A stretch of DNA of 64,000 nucleotides. Origin: an uncultured bacterium (lineage in GTDB: Bacteria > Desulfobacterota > BSN033 > UBA1163). This document shows, in pieces, positions 29,731 to 39,380 of this stretch; the first letter of the stretch is position 1, and each line of letters opens with the position of its first letter. Under the pieces are notes generated by a model. It made no database searches and had not been told where the DNA came from. It saw only the letters and a list, made by a program, of their open reading frames with translations. The position numbers and the translations under genes are program-made. Location: contig CALLAL010000012.1 in the NCBI GenBank assembly GCA_938002255.1, positions 41,456-105,455 on the forward strand, read 5' to 3'.

Positions 29731-30948
29731 ATGCCCATCTTTCAATACAGAGCACGAGACCGAAACGGTAAGGCTATTGAGAGCAAGCTGGAGGCTCCCA
29801 CCCTCCAGCTTGCAGGAGATCAGCTTCGCCGTCTCGGATATTTACCTGTTTCGATTGAAGAAATGAAGAAATCTAAGTCGATCACTCTTTCGGATTGGTC
29901 CCCCCAGTTCAAAAAGGTTCGGCTGGAAGATCTCATCCTTTTCAGTCAGCAGTTGTCCACACTCTATAAGGCGGGCTTGCCTCTTCTACTAAGTCTATCG
30001 AATCTAAAGGACCAAGTTGAGAATAAAAGATTCAGGTCTGTCTTAGAAAAAGTTTGTAACGACGTCGAAGGAGGAAACCCACTTTTTGCATCCCTAGCAA
30101 AGCATCCGGATGTGTTCTCTACGATTTACATCAATATGATTCGTGCTGGCGAGGCGTCCGGTCGTTTAGGAGAATCTCTGGACCGGTTTGTAAACCTTGC
30201 TGAAAGGGAACTCCAGACCCGGCAGAGACTGAAGGAAGCCACCCGGTATCCAAAGATCGTCATCTTTTCAGTGGTCATCGCTTTTGCAGTTCTGATTGCC
30301 TTTGTCATCCCCCGATTTGCAGCGACCTTCGCACAATTTAATATGCCATTGCCATTACCAACCCGGATCATGATTGCCGTGAATCATATCTTCCAGTCTT
30401 ACTGGTACGTGGTCCTGGGCTTCTTTCTGAGTCTCTTAATCGTTCTAAAACGCTATGTTAAGACGAAGCGGGGAAGATACTTCTGGGATTATCTCCAATA
30501 TCGAATACCTGTTTTAGGCCCCCTGTTTTTAAAAATTGGGCTTTCCCGATTTACCCATACCCTTGGAATGTTAAACCGAAGTGGGATCCCTATTTTGCAA
30601 GCTCTCGAAATGACTTCAACCACAGTGGATAACATCCTTCTTGCCCAATCCATTGAGGGAGTCAAACAACGGGTCAGCGAGGGAAGCAGTTTAACCGATG
30701 CATTAAAGGAAAGCGGAAGGTTTACCCCTCTGGTTACCCAGATGATTTCAGTGGGGGAATCCTCCGGTACGCTGGATGAAATGTTAAGCAGGGTGACAGA
30801 CTATTACGATGTGGAAGTTGAAAATGCGATGAAGAAACTTCCCACTTACATCGAACCTCTTCTGACGCTTTTTTTAGGGGGGGTTGTTTTGCTTCTTGCT
30901 CTGGCTGTATTTCTCCCCTGGTGGAATCTCGCTTCGTTGTTCAGGTGA
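29731..30948 (+). CDS. pilC: Type IV pilus assembly platform protein PilC (GspF family)
   Basis: Two T2SF repeats and 3 transmembrane segments; 405 aa. Confidence 0.85.
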   Translation: MPIFQYRARDRNGKAIESKLEAPTLQLAGDQLRRLGYLPVSIEEMKKSKSITLSDWSPQFKKVRLEDLILFSQQLSTLYKAGLPLLLSLSNLKDQVENKRFRSVLEKVCNDVEGGNPLFASLAKHPDVFSTIYINMIRAGEASGRLGESLDRFVNLAERELQTRQRLKEATRYPKIVIFSVVIAFAVLIAFVIPRFAATFAQFNMPLPLPTRIMIAVNHIFQSYWYVVLGFFLSLLIVLKRYVKTKRGRYFWDYLQYRIPVLGPLFLKIGLSRFTHTLGMLNRSGIPILQALEMTSTTVDNILLAQSIEGVKQRVSEGSSLTDALKESGRFTPLVTQMISVGESSGTLDEMLSRVTDYYDVEVENAMKKLPTYIEPLLTLFLGGVVLLLALAVFLPWWNLASLFR

Positions 30949-31004
30949 TTCACAAAGGACGATGGAAAATGGACCAAAGACCTGTGAATTTCAGATGTTG
31001 GCAT

Positions 31005-31448
31005 ATGGATTGGGGAATTCATACTCCGAACTTAAAGGGATTCACCCTCATCGAAACCATTATTGTTATGGTCATCATCGCCATCCTTCTGACTGCGGTG
31101 ATTCCGAGGGTCGGGTTTGATATTGCTCCAAGGATGTCTGTGGAAGGGGCAGCTCATATGGTTGCTTCTGATATCCGCTATGCTCAGGAATGTGCCATGG
31201 CCAATCGGGTTTCAAAAAGCATCACATTTACTGCGGGCTCTTCAGTTTACACGTTCAACCCTATCTATCATCTCGACCCTGCAGGTCGGTTACCGTCAGG
31301 AGTAACGATTGGGACTACGATGACATTTACTTTTAATTCCCTTGGGGAACCCATATCAGGTGGAGGCAGTTCAGTGACCATCTCTGGAAGTGGAGGGTCT
31401 CAAACAGTCACCGTTACAAACTATACAGGAAAGGTGAGTATTCATTGA
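31005..31448 (+). CDS. Minor pseudopilin, FimT/GspH-like
   Basis: Prepilin class III N-terminus KG|FTLIETIIVMVIIAIL followed by a GspH-like domain; start placed at the internal Met that gives an 11-aa leader. Confidence 0.7.
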   Translation: MDWGIHTPNLKGFTLIETIIVMVIIAILLTAVIPRVGFDIAPRMSVEGAAHMVASDIRYAQECAMANRVSKSITFTAGSSVYTFNPIYHLDPAGRLPSGVTIGTTMTFTFNSLGEPISGGGSSVTISGSGGSQTVTVTNYTGKVSIH

Positions 31449-31478
31449 TTTCGGAATTCATATTTCGGAATAAAAACT

Positions 31479-31964
31479 ATGGAAAAAAGAAAATTACAGG
31501 ATAAATTGAAAAAACGAAAACGGATCTTTTTTCGTTTTTTCCGTAACGCAATCTCCGATCTGGAATCGGCAATCGGAAACAGGGGGGTCACCCTCATTGA
31601 GATCATCATTCTAATTGTGATGGCAGGGATTCTTCTGCCGACCATCATTGTTCCGTTCGCTACGGGCATGAAGAGCAGTGCAAAACCCGAACTGGCAACA
31701 AAAGCCATCTATCTTGCCCATCAAAAGATGGAAGAGTTTATGAAATTTCAATATACGGACACCAACCTAAACCCAGTGGCTCTCACTTCATATTCCCCTG
31801 TTCCCGGCAACGCTGGCTATGAGTGGCAATGGGAAATTACTCTGGTGGATAGCAATTTTAGTGTGTCGGGTTTGGATGTAGGATATAAAAGAATTCTCGT
31901 TCGTGTAAAGGATCCGCAACATGACACGTATGAAATCTATTCGGTGGTCACAAGGTTTCCGTAA
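31479..31964 (+). CDS. Minor pseudopilin (PilV-like)
   Basis: Prepilin motif RG|VTLIEIIILIV; unusually long basic leader if the annotated ATG is used. Confidence 0.6.
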   Translation: MEKRKLQDKLKKRKRIFFRFFRNAISDLESAIGNRGVTLIEIIILIVMAGILLPTIIVPFATGMKSSAKPELATKAIYLAHQKMEEFMKFQYTDTNLNPVALTSYSPVPGNAGYEWQWEITLVDSNFSVSGLDVGYKRILVRVKDPQHDTYEIYSVVTRFP

Positions 31965-32598
31965 AAGGTATTATCATTCACATCCCTTATCTCGGACTTT
32001 GGATTTTGGATTTCGGGTCCGTCACTCCGCAATCCGCAATCTTCATTCCTCATTCGATAAGGGGTTTACGCTCATCGAAATCATGATTGCAATTGTTATT
32101 TTATCCCTGATCTCTTCGATTACCATTAAGTTTTTGATCGATAGCCTGAAAATCTATACCATGACCGTCAACCAAAAGAGGCTTTATGATGAAGGAAAAT
32201 TGGCATTAGAGAGAATGATAAGGGATATTCGAGATGCGCGGACTATTACGACGCCTTCTCCCGGGGGATCTGGAAATACGATGACCTTTCAGAGGACACA
32301 CCCAACAGGAACGGGTCAGGATGGAGCCAACGAAATCCTAACCTACCAATTAATCGGAACGACACTTGAAAAAGTCAAATCCTCTCCGGCTGCTACAAGT
32401 CCACTCGCCTCAAATGTCAGTGCTTTTACAGTGACAAGGGGCGCGGGAGGATCGGATGAGATCACATTATCTCTTACCCTTACCCTGGGGACAGGGGAGA
32501 ATGTGTTTTTGCAGACAAAGGTATATCCTAAAAACCTCGACAAAAGTTCGACTTATAAGAATTTCTTTCAAAATTGGAGAGAGGAACCAAGCAGTTGA
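31921..32598 (+). CDS. Minor pseudopilin (PilW-like)
   Basis: Prepilin motif KG|FTLIEIMIAIVIL; PilW-like region KRLYDEGKLALERMIRDIRDA; a long leader or non-ATG start is possible (in-frame TTG at 31999). Confidence 0.6.
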   Translation: MTRMKSIRWSQGFRKRYYHSHPLSRTLDFGFRVRHSAIRNLHSSFDKGFTLIEIMIAIVILSLISSITIKFLIDSLKIYTMTVNQKRLYDEGKLALERMIRDIRDARTITTPSPGGSGNTMTFQRTHPTGTGQDGANEILTYQLIGTTLEKVKSSPAATSPLASNVSAFTVTRGAGGSDEITLSLTLTLGTGENVFLQTKVYPKNLDKSSTYKNFFQNWREEPSS

Positions 32599-33686
32599 AA
32601 CGATTTGAATTTAGGTTGAATCGATTCATGTGGGGTAAAGCTTTATTCAACCCTCGAGGTCTATCCGTCCTCTTTTTGGTCATTGCCATGCTTTTGATGG
32701 TAACAATTGGGTATGTCTTGTCATATCTTCTTCCTGCCAAGCAAAAATCAACTGCCCTCACGGTCAGTTCGAATCAAGCCTTTTTCCTCGCCCAGTCCGG
32801 AGTGGAGTTCGCTGTAAGGTATGCGACGGATCAAGGCTGGACGACTGCGGCCGAGCTCAATGGCTTAGATGGAACGACAAGAAACCTCGGGAAAGGAAGA
32901 TTTACACTCGATTATAATGATTTAAATAATTCACTTATCTCTATCGGCGAAATTCCCAATATCAGTCGGAGGAGAATTGTCGTATCAAATTTTAATAGCT
33001 TCTTAACCATGGGGATCACTTATGTTGCCTCTGCTTCCAATCCCAACGATAATGGATTAAATAATTCTAATCCAACGACCATCGTTCCTCCGGCAGGAAT
33101 GCAGGCGGGAGATCTTGTCCTGATGATTGCCCAAGCTCGCGCGAGCTCAGGCACACTGACTCTCGCAAATGGCGGGGGCCAAACCTGGACAGCAGAAACC
33201 CAGCAAAACCGACCGAACTGCCGACTAAGGCTTTTTTGGTGTAGATTCAATGGGACGTGGAGTGCCAATCCGAGTGTAAACTTCGGAAGTGCCAACTGTA
33301 ACACGATTGTCATCCATGTCTTTCGTCCGACTAATCCCAACAGTGTCTGGCAGGTGGATGTACCGCAGGTTTCAGGTAATTTTGCCGCTCCCATTTCACC
33401 TTATACGGTGACCATTCCAGGAATCACCACGTTGACAAACGGGGCCCTCGTTTTCGCGACATGGGCCTCTGTTGATGACAATACTTGGGGATCTCTAACA
33501 GCAGGATGGACGACTCCGGGGATGAATCAGTACCGGAACTTAGCGGGCTCAGACTCCTCTCAAACCCATGCGTATAAGGTTATGGCCACTGCTGGAGCAT
33601 CTGGAAACGTCAGCAAAAACCAGCTCACCCTTGGAGGAGATGGCGGGGCGTATTTCATCATTGGTTTCAGAGCAGTAGGAATATGA
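32574..33686 (+). CDS. PilX-like pilus-associated protein
   Basis: N-terminal PilX_N-type hydrophobic anchor (RGLSVLFLVIAMLLMVTIG) without a prepilin cleavage site; Asn/Thr/Gly-rich remainder. Confidence 0.5.
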   Translation: MERGTKQLKRFEFRLNRFMWGKALFNPRGLSVLFLVIAMLLMVTIGYVLSYLLPAKQKSTALTVSSNQAFFLAQSGVEFAVRYATDQGWTTAAELNGLDGTTRNLGKGRFTLDYNDLNNSLISIGEIPNISRRRIVVSNFNSFLTMGITYVASASNPNDNGLNNSNPTTIVPPAGMQAGDLVLMIAQARASSGTLTLANGGGQTWTAETQQNRPNCRLRLFWCRFNGTWSANPSVNFGSANCNTIVIHVFRPTNPNSVWQVDVPQVSGNFAAPISPYTVTIPGITTLTNGALVFATWASVDDNTWGSLTAGWTTPGMNQYRNLAGSDSSQTHAYKVMATAGASGNVSKNQLTLGGDGGAYFIIGFRAVGI

Positions 33687-33748
33687 TTTTGAGGATTATT
33701 CATGGAAGACTAAAATGCAAACAAAACTTAAAAAAGTAGAGGTCAAAT

Positions 33749-35458
33749 ATGCCTGAATGTTTCGGTATCGACATTGGTTCTCATTCCATAAAGCTGGTGG
33801 GGTTGAAAAAAACCTCCAGAGGACTCTTGCTTACGTGCCTTGGAATGAAAAAGATTCCCCATGGCTTGGATGGGGATGATGTTGGGGTTTTTTCCACCCT
33901 CCTTAAAGAGCTGGTCGAAGAAATTGGTATCAAATCGAAGAAGGTAAACCTGACCCTTTCCGGTGTCGGAATTCATCTTCGACGCCTAACCATACCCTCC
34001 ATCCCGAATGAGGAACTCATAAAAACCCTGCCCTGGGAGATGAAGGACCATCTCCCCTACCCTGTTGAAACAGCCCGAATCCGATATCATCTCATCGGAA
34101 AATTCATGGAGGATGGGGTTAAAAAATTGGACTTACTGGTGGTTGCCTGTCCAAATGCTCTGATCGAGCGAACTCTTTCTATTGCAAAGGGAGCAGGTCT
34201 TCAGGTTATCCATCTCGATATCGGTGCCTTTGCCCTCTGGAATATGCTTCTGGCTGTAGATCGTCTAAAAATTGGAGAGACTACCGCCCTGATAGATCTT
34301 GGCTCAGAAAAGATGAGCCTTTATTTGTTCAAAGACGACCTCCTACAATTTAGCAGAGAGATGACCCCAGCCGGAGCAGACCTCACCCGGGCGATCACAG
34401 ATGCTATGCCTTTCGAAAGAGATCTCCATTTTCTTCACGAGAAGGCCGAGAAGATAAAAGAACAGGTAGGAATTCCCTCGGTCACCCAGGGTATCAAAGG
34501 GTTTGATGAAACACTCGATCTCTCCAAAATCTCCTTTCTAATGAGACCGGTTTTAGAGAAATGGGTGGCAGAGATCAGCCGTTCCCTCGATTATTATCGG
34601 AATCAGTTTTACGGGGAAAGGATCGACCGTCTCCTCCTCACCGGAGGGGGCGCCCATCTTAGGAATGTAATCTCCTATCTCGAAGGGGAACTTCATCTCC
34701 CCGTTGAAATTTTTAATCCCCTAAAAGAAATGCCTTTTGATTCCAAGACGTTTGGAACCGGAGAGTTGGAGGCGACTGGGGCCTTCTTTACCATAGCTGC
34801 AGGTGTTGCCCTCTCAGACCCCAGACAGATTGAATTCCTTGACACAAAAGAACCGTTAAGGTCAACAATACTATCTGAAAAATCCCTGTTCATTACAGCT
34901 CCCCTGCTCACCGTTCTCCTCTTATTTGGGATCGGTTGGTATAAATCAGCACAAATAAACACACTCGAAAGAGAGAGGGACGAAAAAGTCCTGAGAGTGG
35001 CAAAGCTTGAGGATCTCAGGGCAAGATTGGCTATCCTAAAGGAGAAAGAGGCTCAGATCAAACAGGATCTTTCTCTCTTCCCGTCTTCAGTGGCTCCTCC
35101 AATCCCTTATCGTAAAGTGCTAAAGGAAGTCAATGGGGTTATTCCTGGAAATGTCACCCTGACGCATCTGGAGGTTCAAACCGAAGCACCCGCTTTAAAG
35201 AGCACAGCCCAGACTTCCAAACCTCCGGATAAAGAATCAGAGCATAGAATCCTCCATCTTAGTGCTCTTGCCTTTGGCAATGATATCCACTGTCTTACAG
35301 CGATTGCTCAACTCATTGAAGGGCTTGAGAAATCACCTCTGTTTAGCCATGTAAAATTAATATCTACAGAGGTGAACAAACAATACAATCAGTTGGCCGT
35401 TGAATTTGACATTATTTGTGAGATTGAGGTTGGGCAATACACAAAGGAGAAACGCTAA
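33749..35458 (+). CDS. Fused PilM-PilN type IV pilus inner-membrane assembly protein
   Basis: N-terminal actin-like PilM fold (FGIDIGSHSIKLV), then a transmembrane segment (LLTVLLLFGIGWY) and a coiled-coil PilN-like C-terminal region; 569 aa. Confidence 0.75.
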   Translation: MPECFGIDIGSHSIKLVGLKKTSRGLLLTCLGMKKIPHGLDGDDVGVFSTLLKELVEEIGIKSKKVNLTLSGVGIHLRRLTIPSIPNEELIKTLPWEMKDHLPYPVETARIRYHLIGKFMEDGVKKLDLLVVACPNALIERTLSIAKGAGLQVIHLDIGAFALWNMLLAVDRLKIGETTALIDLGSEKMSLYLFKDDLLQFSREMTPAGADLTRAITDAMPFERDLHFLHEKAEKIKEQVGIPSVTQGIKGFDETLDLSKISFLMRPVLEKWVAEISRSLDYYRNQFYGERIDRLLLTGGGAHLRNVISYLEGELHLPVEIFNPLKEMPFDSKTFGTGELEATGAFFTIAAGVALSDPRQIEFLDTKEPLRSTILSEKSLFITAPLLTVLLLFGIGWYKSAQINTLERERDEKVLRVAKLEDLRARLAILKEKEAQIKQDLSLFPSSVAPPIPYRKVLKEVNGVIPGNVTLTHLEVQTEAPALKSTAQTSKPPDKESEHRILHLSALAFGNDIHCLTAIAQLIEGLEKSPLFSHVKLISTEVNKQYNQLAVEFDIICEIEVGQYTKEKR

Positions 35459-35461
35459 ACC

Positions 35462-36028
35462 ATGGTGCTCAAAAGACGTGAAAAAATCTTACTGGTTGGT
35501 GTGGCCATTGCCTTGATCATCTTTTTGTTTGATCGGTTTTTTGATACGCCAATGAATCGTAAAATATCCCTGCTCCGGGGAGAAGTAAAGGCGGTAGATG
35601 CCAGGCTGAAAGAACTTGACCTTTTAGTCAAAGGACTTCAAATCGCAGAGGAAGAAACCCTGCGACTGGAAAAAGAATTGAAGAGTCTTTCTGCTCAAAC
35701 CCTCCGGGGTGAAGAGTTCAGGGCCTTTTTAAGGCATCTGGCCAGATCGAGTGACCCACTCCAAATGAAGGTCATCTCGATGGTTCCCACAGAAGAGAAG
35801 ATCATTCCTTCCGAAGAAAAGAAGGGCACCCCACTTCGAGACTCTCGAAAGATAACGGTTCAACTGGTGCTCCACTCGACCTTTCCTAAGGTCGAGTCCT
35901 ATTTAAGAGGAATTGAGGAACTCCCTTTTCTTGTCCAAATCGAGGGTATACAGATCGAGAGAGCTGAAGAAGCTCAGCCTCTCTTAAAAGTGACTTTAAA
36001 TCTGAAAATGTATATGATTTCAATTTAG
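35462..36028 (+). CDS. PilO-like pilus assembly protein
   Basis: N-terminal transmembrane segment plus coiled coil; sits between pilMN and a pilP-like gene. Confidence 0.6.
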   Translation: MVLKRREKILLVGVAIALIIFLFDRFFDTPMNRKISLLRGEVKAVDARLKELDLLVKGLQIAEEETLRLEKELKSLSAQTLRGEEFRAFLRHLARSSDPLQMKVISMVPTEEKIIPSEEKKGTPLRDSRKITVQLVLHSTFPKVESYLRGIEELPFLVQIEGIQIERAEEAQPLLKVTLNLKMYMISI

Positions 36029-36038
36029 GAGGCATTCA

Positions 36039-36518
36039 GTGATTCGATCTCAAAAGATACGTTTATTTCCTGCGATATGGGCTCTCCTTTTTCCGATTAC
36101 GTCTATTGCTCCGTCAGGACAGGTTCAGGCACAATTGAATCAAAAACCTGTCTTGATCCAAGAGACTCGAAAAGATCCGTTCTCTCTTCCCAAAGGAATC
36201 CGTCTCCTTTCTCAGGAGGTCCCTCCCCCTCGGGAAGAGAAGAAAGTTCACCCCTCGTTAGAAATAAAATCCACTGAAACCAAATCAGAAGAAATTCCTT
36301 TGAAACTGAAAGCCATTCTGATGACAGATCATATTCGATTGGCTTCCATTGACCGATTCATTGTAAAAGTGGGAGACCTGATCCATGGGGAAAAGGTAGT
36401 GGAGATCCGTCCTGACAGGGTGATCCTTGAAAAGGAGGGTAAAAAACGGATGATTGTTTTAGATCAAAATCCAGTAAAACTGATGGTGGAGGAAAGAGAT
36501 TCCTCAAAAAAGGAGTAG
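36039..36518 (+). CDS. PilP-like pilus assembly protein
   Basis: Signal peptide; small periplasmic protein immediately upstream of the secretin gene. Confidence 0.5.
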   Translation: MIRSQKIRLFPAIWALLFPITSIAPSGQVQAQLNQKPVLIQETRKDPFSLPKGIRLLSQEVPPPREEKKVHPSLEIKSTETKSEEIPLKLKAILMTDHIRLASIDRFIVKVGDLIHGEKVVEIRPDRVILEKEGKKRMIVLDQNPVKLMVEERDSSKKE

Positions 36519-36521
36519 GCG

Positions 36522-38168
36522 ATGAAAGCGAAAATGTTATGGATTGGTCTTATATGTCTTATCGGAGCTGTGGGGTGTGCTTCCCCCCCAAAACAGGAAC
36601 GGTCCCGGCTACCTGCCCAAAAGATGGAAACCTCCAGGCCCCAGGCCCCCCCGGAGGAGAAATTGCAAGAACTTGTCATTCCTCAAAAAGAGGAGGCCAA
36701 AAAGGTCCCTGAAAAACTTTACTCTTTCTTCGCCCGAGATTCGAACGTCCAGGACATCCTGTTAGCCTTTTCGAAGGAAGATGAATATAACATCGTCATC
36801 GATCCCGAATTGACTGGCAAAGTCACGATCGATCTGAAACGAGTCACCCTGAGAGAAGCTCTGGATGCCATTCTAACCCCCTTGGGCTGGACCTATCGTG
36901 TAGAAGGCAAATTCATTAAAATTATAAGACCCCAGATGGAAACACGCCTGTTTACACTCAATTACCTTGCCACCAGACGGACCGGTAAGAGAGAAGTGTA
37001 TGCGAGCACCGGAGGCGGACTTCAGGCGACAGTCCTTCCAGGTCAACAGGCTCCTGCCGTTACCCCCGGAGGCCGAACCGGTTTTAGTGATCTCATCAGC
37101 GTGGATGAAATGGATCTTTGGAAGGATATCCAGAGAGGATTGGAAACCATCATTTTTGGAGGCACGGACGAAAAGGCTCCAGCGGCAGATTTAGAAAAAG
37201 CCACTTGGGCAAAGTCGGATGCCAAAGGCAGAAAATTAATTGTTAACAAATCCACCAACGTGATCCTGGTGACAGACTATCCCCATAATCTTAATAAAGT
37301 TGCTTCGTTCCTCGAAGCCATGGAAGGAAGCTCCCAAAGACAAGTTACCATCCAGGCAAAAATCTTTGAAGTCATTCTTTCGGACGAGCATAAAGAAGGA
37401 ATCAATTGGAAGGTGATTGAAAGTCTTCCGCGAATCGTCAACCTTTCCTGGGGACTTACCAATAAAGCGGGCACAACGGGCTTTCCTGGAGTGACAGGAG
37501 GATTTACACTATCCGATACCACAACAGGAACGACCATTCAAACTCCGGGAACCTTTAAGATAAAACCTTTTGGAGGGACCCTCGCTATTGGGACAGATGT
37601 TGCCCTTTCAGATATCATGGCTGCAATTGCAGAACAGGGAGATGTGAAGATCCTTTCCAGTCCCACCATCTCAACGCTCAACAACCAAAAAGCGATTATC
37701 CGGGTGGGCAATCAGGATGTCTTTTTCACCTCTGGCGTAGTAGTAGCTGGAGGAGAAACAGTGGTTCAAACGTTTCAACCGGTGACAATCGATGTTGGAA
37801 TCATCCTCGATGTCACCCCCCAAATTTCAGAAGATGGAACGATCATCATGAATGTCCACCCCAGCATTACTGAGAAAACAGGAGAGAAGGTGACTCCGGA
37901 TGGAAAGACCACCTTTCCCCTGCTGAGTGTCAGAGAAACCGATACCACCGTGAAGGTTCGAGATGGGCAGACCATTATCATTGCAGGCTTGATGCAAGAA
38001 AAGAATGAAGATTCCTATGTTGGAGTCCCTGTGCTCCACTCGATTCCTATACTTGGAGGATTGTTCCGCTATAAGAACGAAAAGAAGAGAACTTCGGAAT
38101 TGGTGATCATGATTACACCGACTCTACAGGTGGGAAAGAGAGTGGAGGACTTTACCAAAAACAGATAG
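36522..38168 (+). CDS. pilQ: Type IV pilus secretin PilQ (lipoprotein-type signal)
   Basis: C-terminal secretin domain (VKILSSPTISTLNNQKAIIRVG...PVLHSIPILGGLF); N-terminal lipobox LIGAVGC. Confidence 0.85.
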   Translation: MKAKMLWIGLICLIGAVGCASPPKQERSRLPAQKMETSRPQAPPEEKLQELVIPQKEEAKKVPEKLYSFFARDSNVQDILLAFSKEDEYNIVIDPELTGKVTIDLKRVTLREALDAILTPLGWTYRVEGKFIKIIRPQMETRLFTLNYLATRRTGKREVYASTGGGLQATVLPGQQAPAVTPGGRTGFSDLISVDEMDLWKDIQRGLETIIFGGTDEKAPAADLEKATWAKSDAKGRKLIVNKSTNVILVTDYPHNLNKVASFLEAMEGSSQRQVTIQAKIFEVILSDEHKEGINWKVIESLPRIVNLSWGLTNKAGTTGFPGVTGGFTLSDTTTGTTIQTPGTFKIKPFGGTLAIGTDVALSDIMAAIAEQGDVKILSSPTISTLNNQKAIIRVGNQDVFFTSGVVVAGGETVVQTFQPVTIDVGIILDVTPQISEDGTIIMNVHPSITEKTGEKVTPDGKTTFPLLSVRETDTTVKVRDGQTIIIAGLMQEKNEDSYVGVPVLHSIPILGGLFRYKNEKKRTSELVIMITPTLQVGKRVEDFTKNR

Positions 38169-38267
38169 AATTCAAGGGGCCAAACGGCCAAGGACGCCGA
38201 AAAAATATCATTCACCGATTTAACCCCGTGCCCCTTTGAACCTTTTTTATCTTTTTCTGAGGAGAAG

Positions 38268-39380
38268 ATGTACCTCGACTTCTATGGATTGAAAGAAAAA
38301 CCATTTTCACTGACGCCTGACCCTCAGTTTCTTTATCTGAGCGAGAGCCATCGGACAGCCATCGATTCCCTCCTCTATGGAATTCAACAGCGGGAAGGAT
38401 TTATGGTCGTGACCGGCGATATCGGAACGGGTAAGACGACCATCTGCCGGAGCCTCCTTGAAAAACTGGATCATAAGGTAAAAACCGCCGTCATCTTTAA
38501 CTCCTTCCTCACGGAAGGTGAATTGCTGCGAGCCATACTCAAAGATCTTGGATTTACCTCGATCGGAAGGACCAAGGCCGAGCGGATCGAGGCATTGAAT
38601 CAATACCTTTTGAATCAACTCTCCCAGGGAAACCATGTGGTTCTGATTGTTGACGAAGCGCAAAACCTATCCATTCCGGTTCTGGAACAGATTCGGATGC
38701 TTTCCAATCTGGAAACGACAAAGGAGAAGATGCTTCAGATCATCCTCTTCGGTCAAATTGAACTGAATCAGAAACTTCGATCTCCAAAATTAAAACAGTT
38801 GAACCAGAGGATTGTCATCCGTCATCACATCTTTCCTCTTAGCCGTGAGGAAACAGAATCTTACATCTACCAGCGCTTAACTGTGGCGGGGTCTCAGGGA
38901 GGAGTAACCTTTTCAAAAGCGGCCATGGATGAAATATACCAATTTTCAAAAGGCATTCCCAGACTGATCAACCTCATCTGCGATCGCAGTCTCATTGGTG
39001 GATATGTCGAGGATACCTCTCGTATTGAAAAGAGGGTGGTCTTGAAAGCCAAAAAAGAATTGATCTTGGAAGAACCGACCCGCCCTGTTTTTGATTCAGC
39101 TCTCCTTTTAAAATTTCTTTCACCCTTGGGTATGCTTCTCCTGACAGTGTTAGTCTTCTTAATCGTAGGGATGATCATGCTCCGGGGGGAGTGGCATACT
39201 TCTTTTAATGGAGTACGCCATTTTATCCAAAAACATTTTGAGAAGGGCTATTTCCAAATTTCCGGGTCCATGCCGATGTCTTCCAGTGCAACCCCAACGG
39301 ACAATAAGAAAGAGCAGGATCTCGAACAGAAAGGAACCGTTCCGGAGTCGGTTACAATTGCCCTGGAGGGTTCAAAATGA
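38268..39380 (+). CDS. ExeA/MshM-like AAA+ ATPase
   Basis: FYGLKEKPFSLTPDPQFLY N-terminus and Walker A GDIGTGKTT; C-terminal transmembrane segment. Confidence 0.8.
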   Translation: MYLDFYGLKEKPFSLTPDPQFLYLSESHRTAIDSLLYGIQQREGFMVVTGDIGTGKTTICRSLLEKLDHKVKTAVIFNSFLTEGELLRAILKDLGFTSIGRTKAERIEALNQYLLNQLSQGNHVVLIVDEAQNLSIPVLEQIRMLSNLETTKEKMLQIILFGQIELNQKLRSPKLKQLNQRIVIRHHIFPLSREETESYIYQRLTVAGSQGGVTFSKAAMDEIYQFSKGIPRLINLICDRSLIGGYVEDTSRIEKRVVLKAKKELILEEPTRPVFDSALLLKFLSPLGMLLLTVLVFLIVGMIMLRGEWHTSFNGVRHFIQKHFEKGYFQISGSMPMSSSATPTDNKKEQDLEQKGTVPESVTIALEGSK

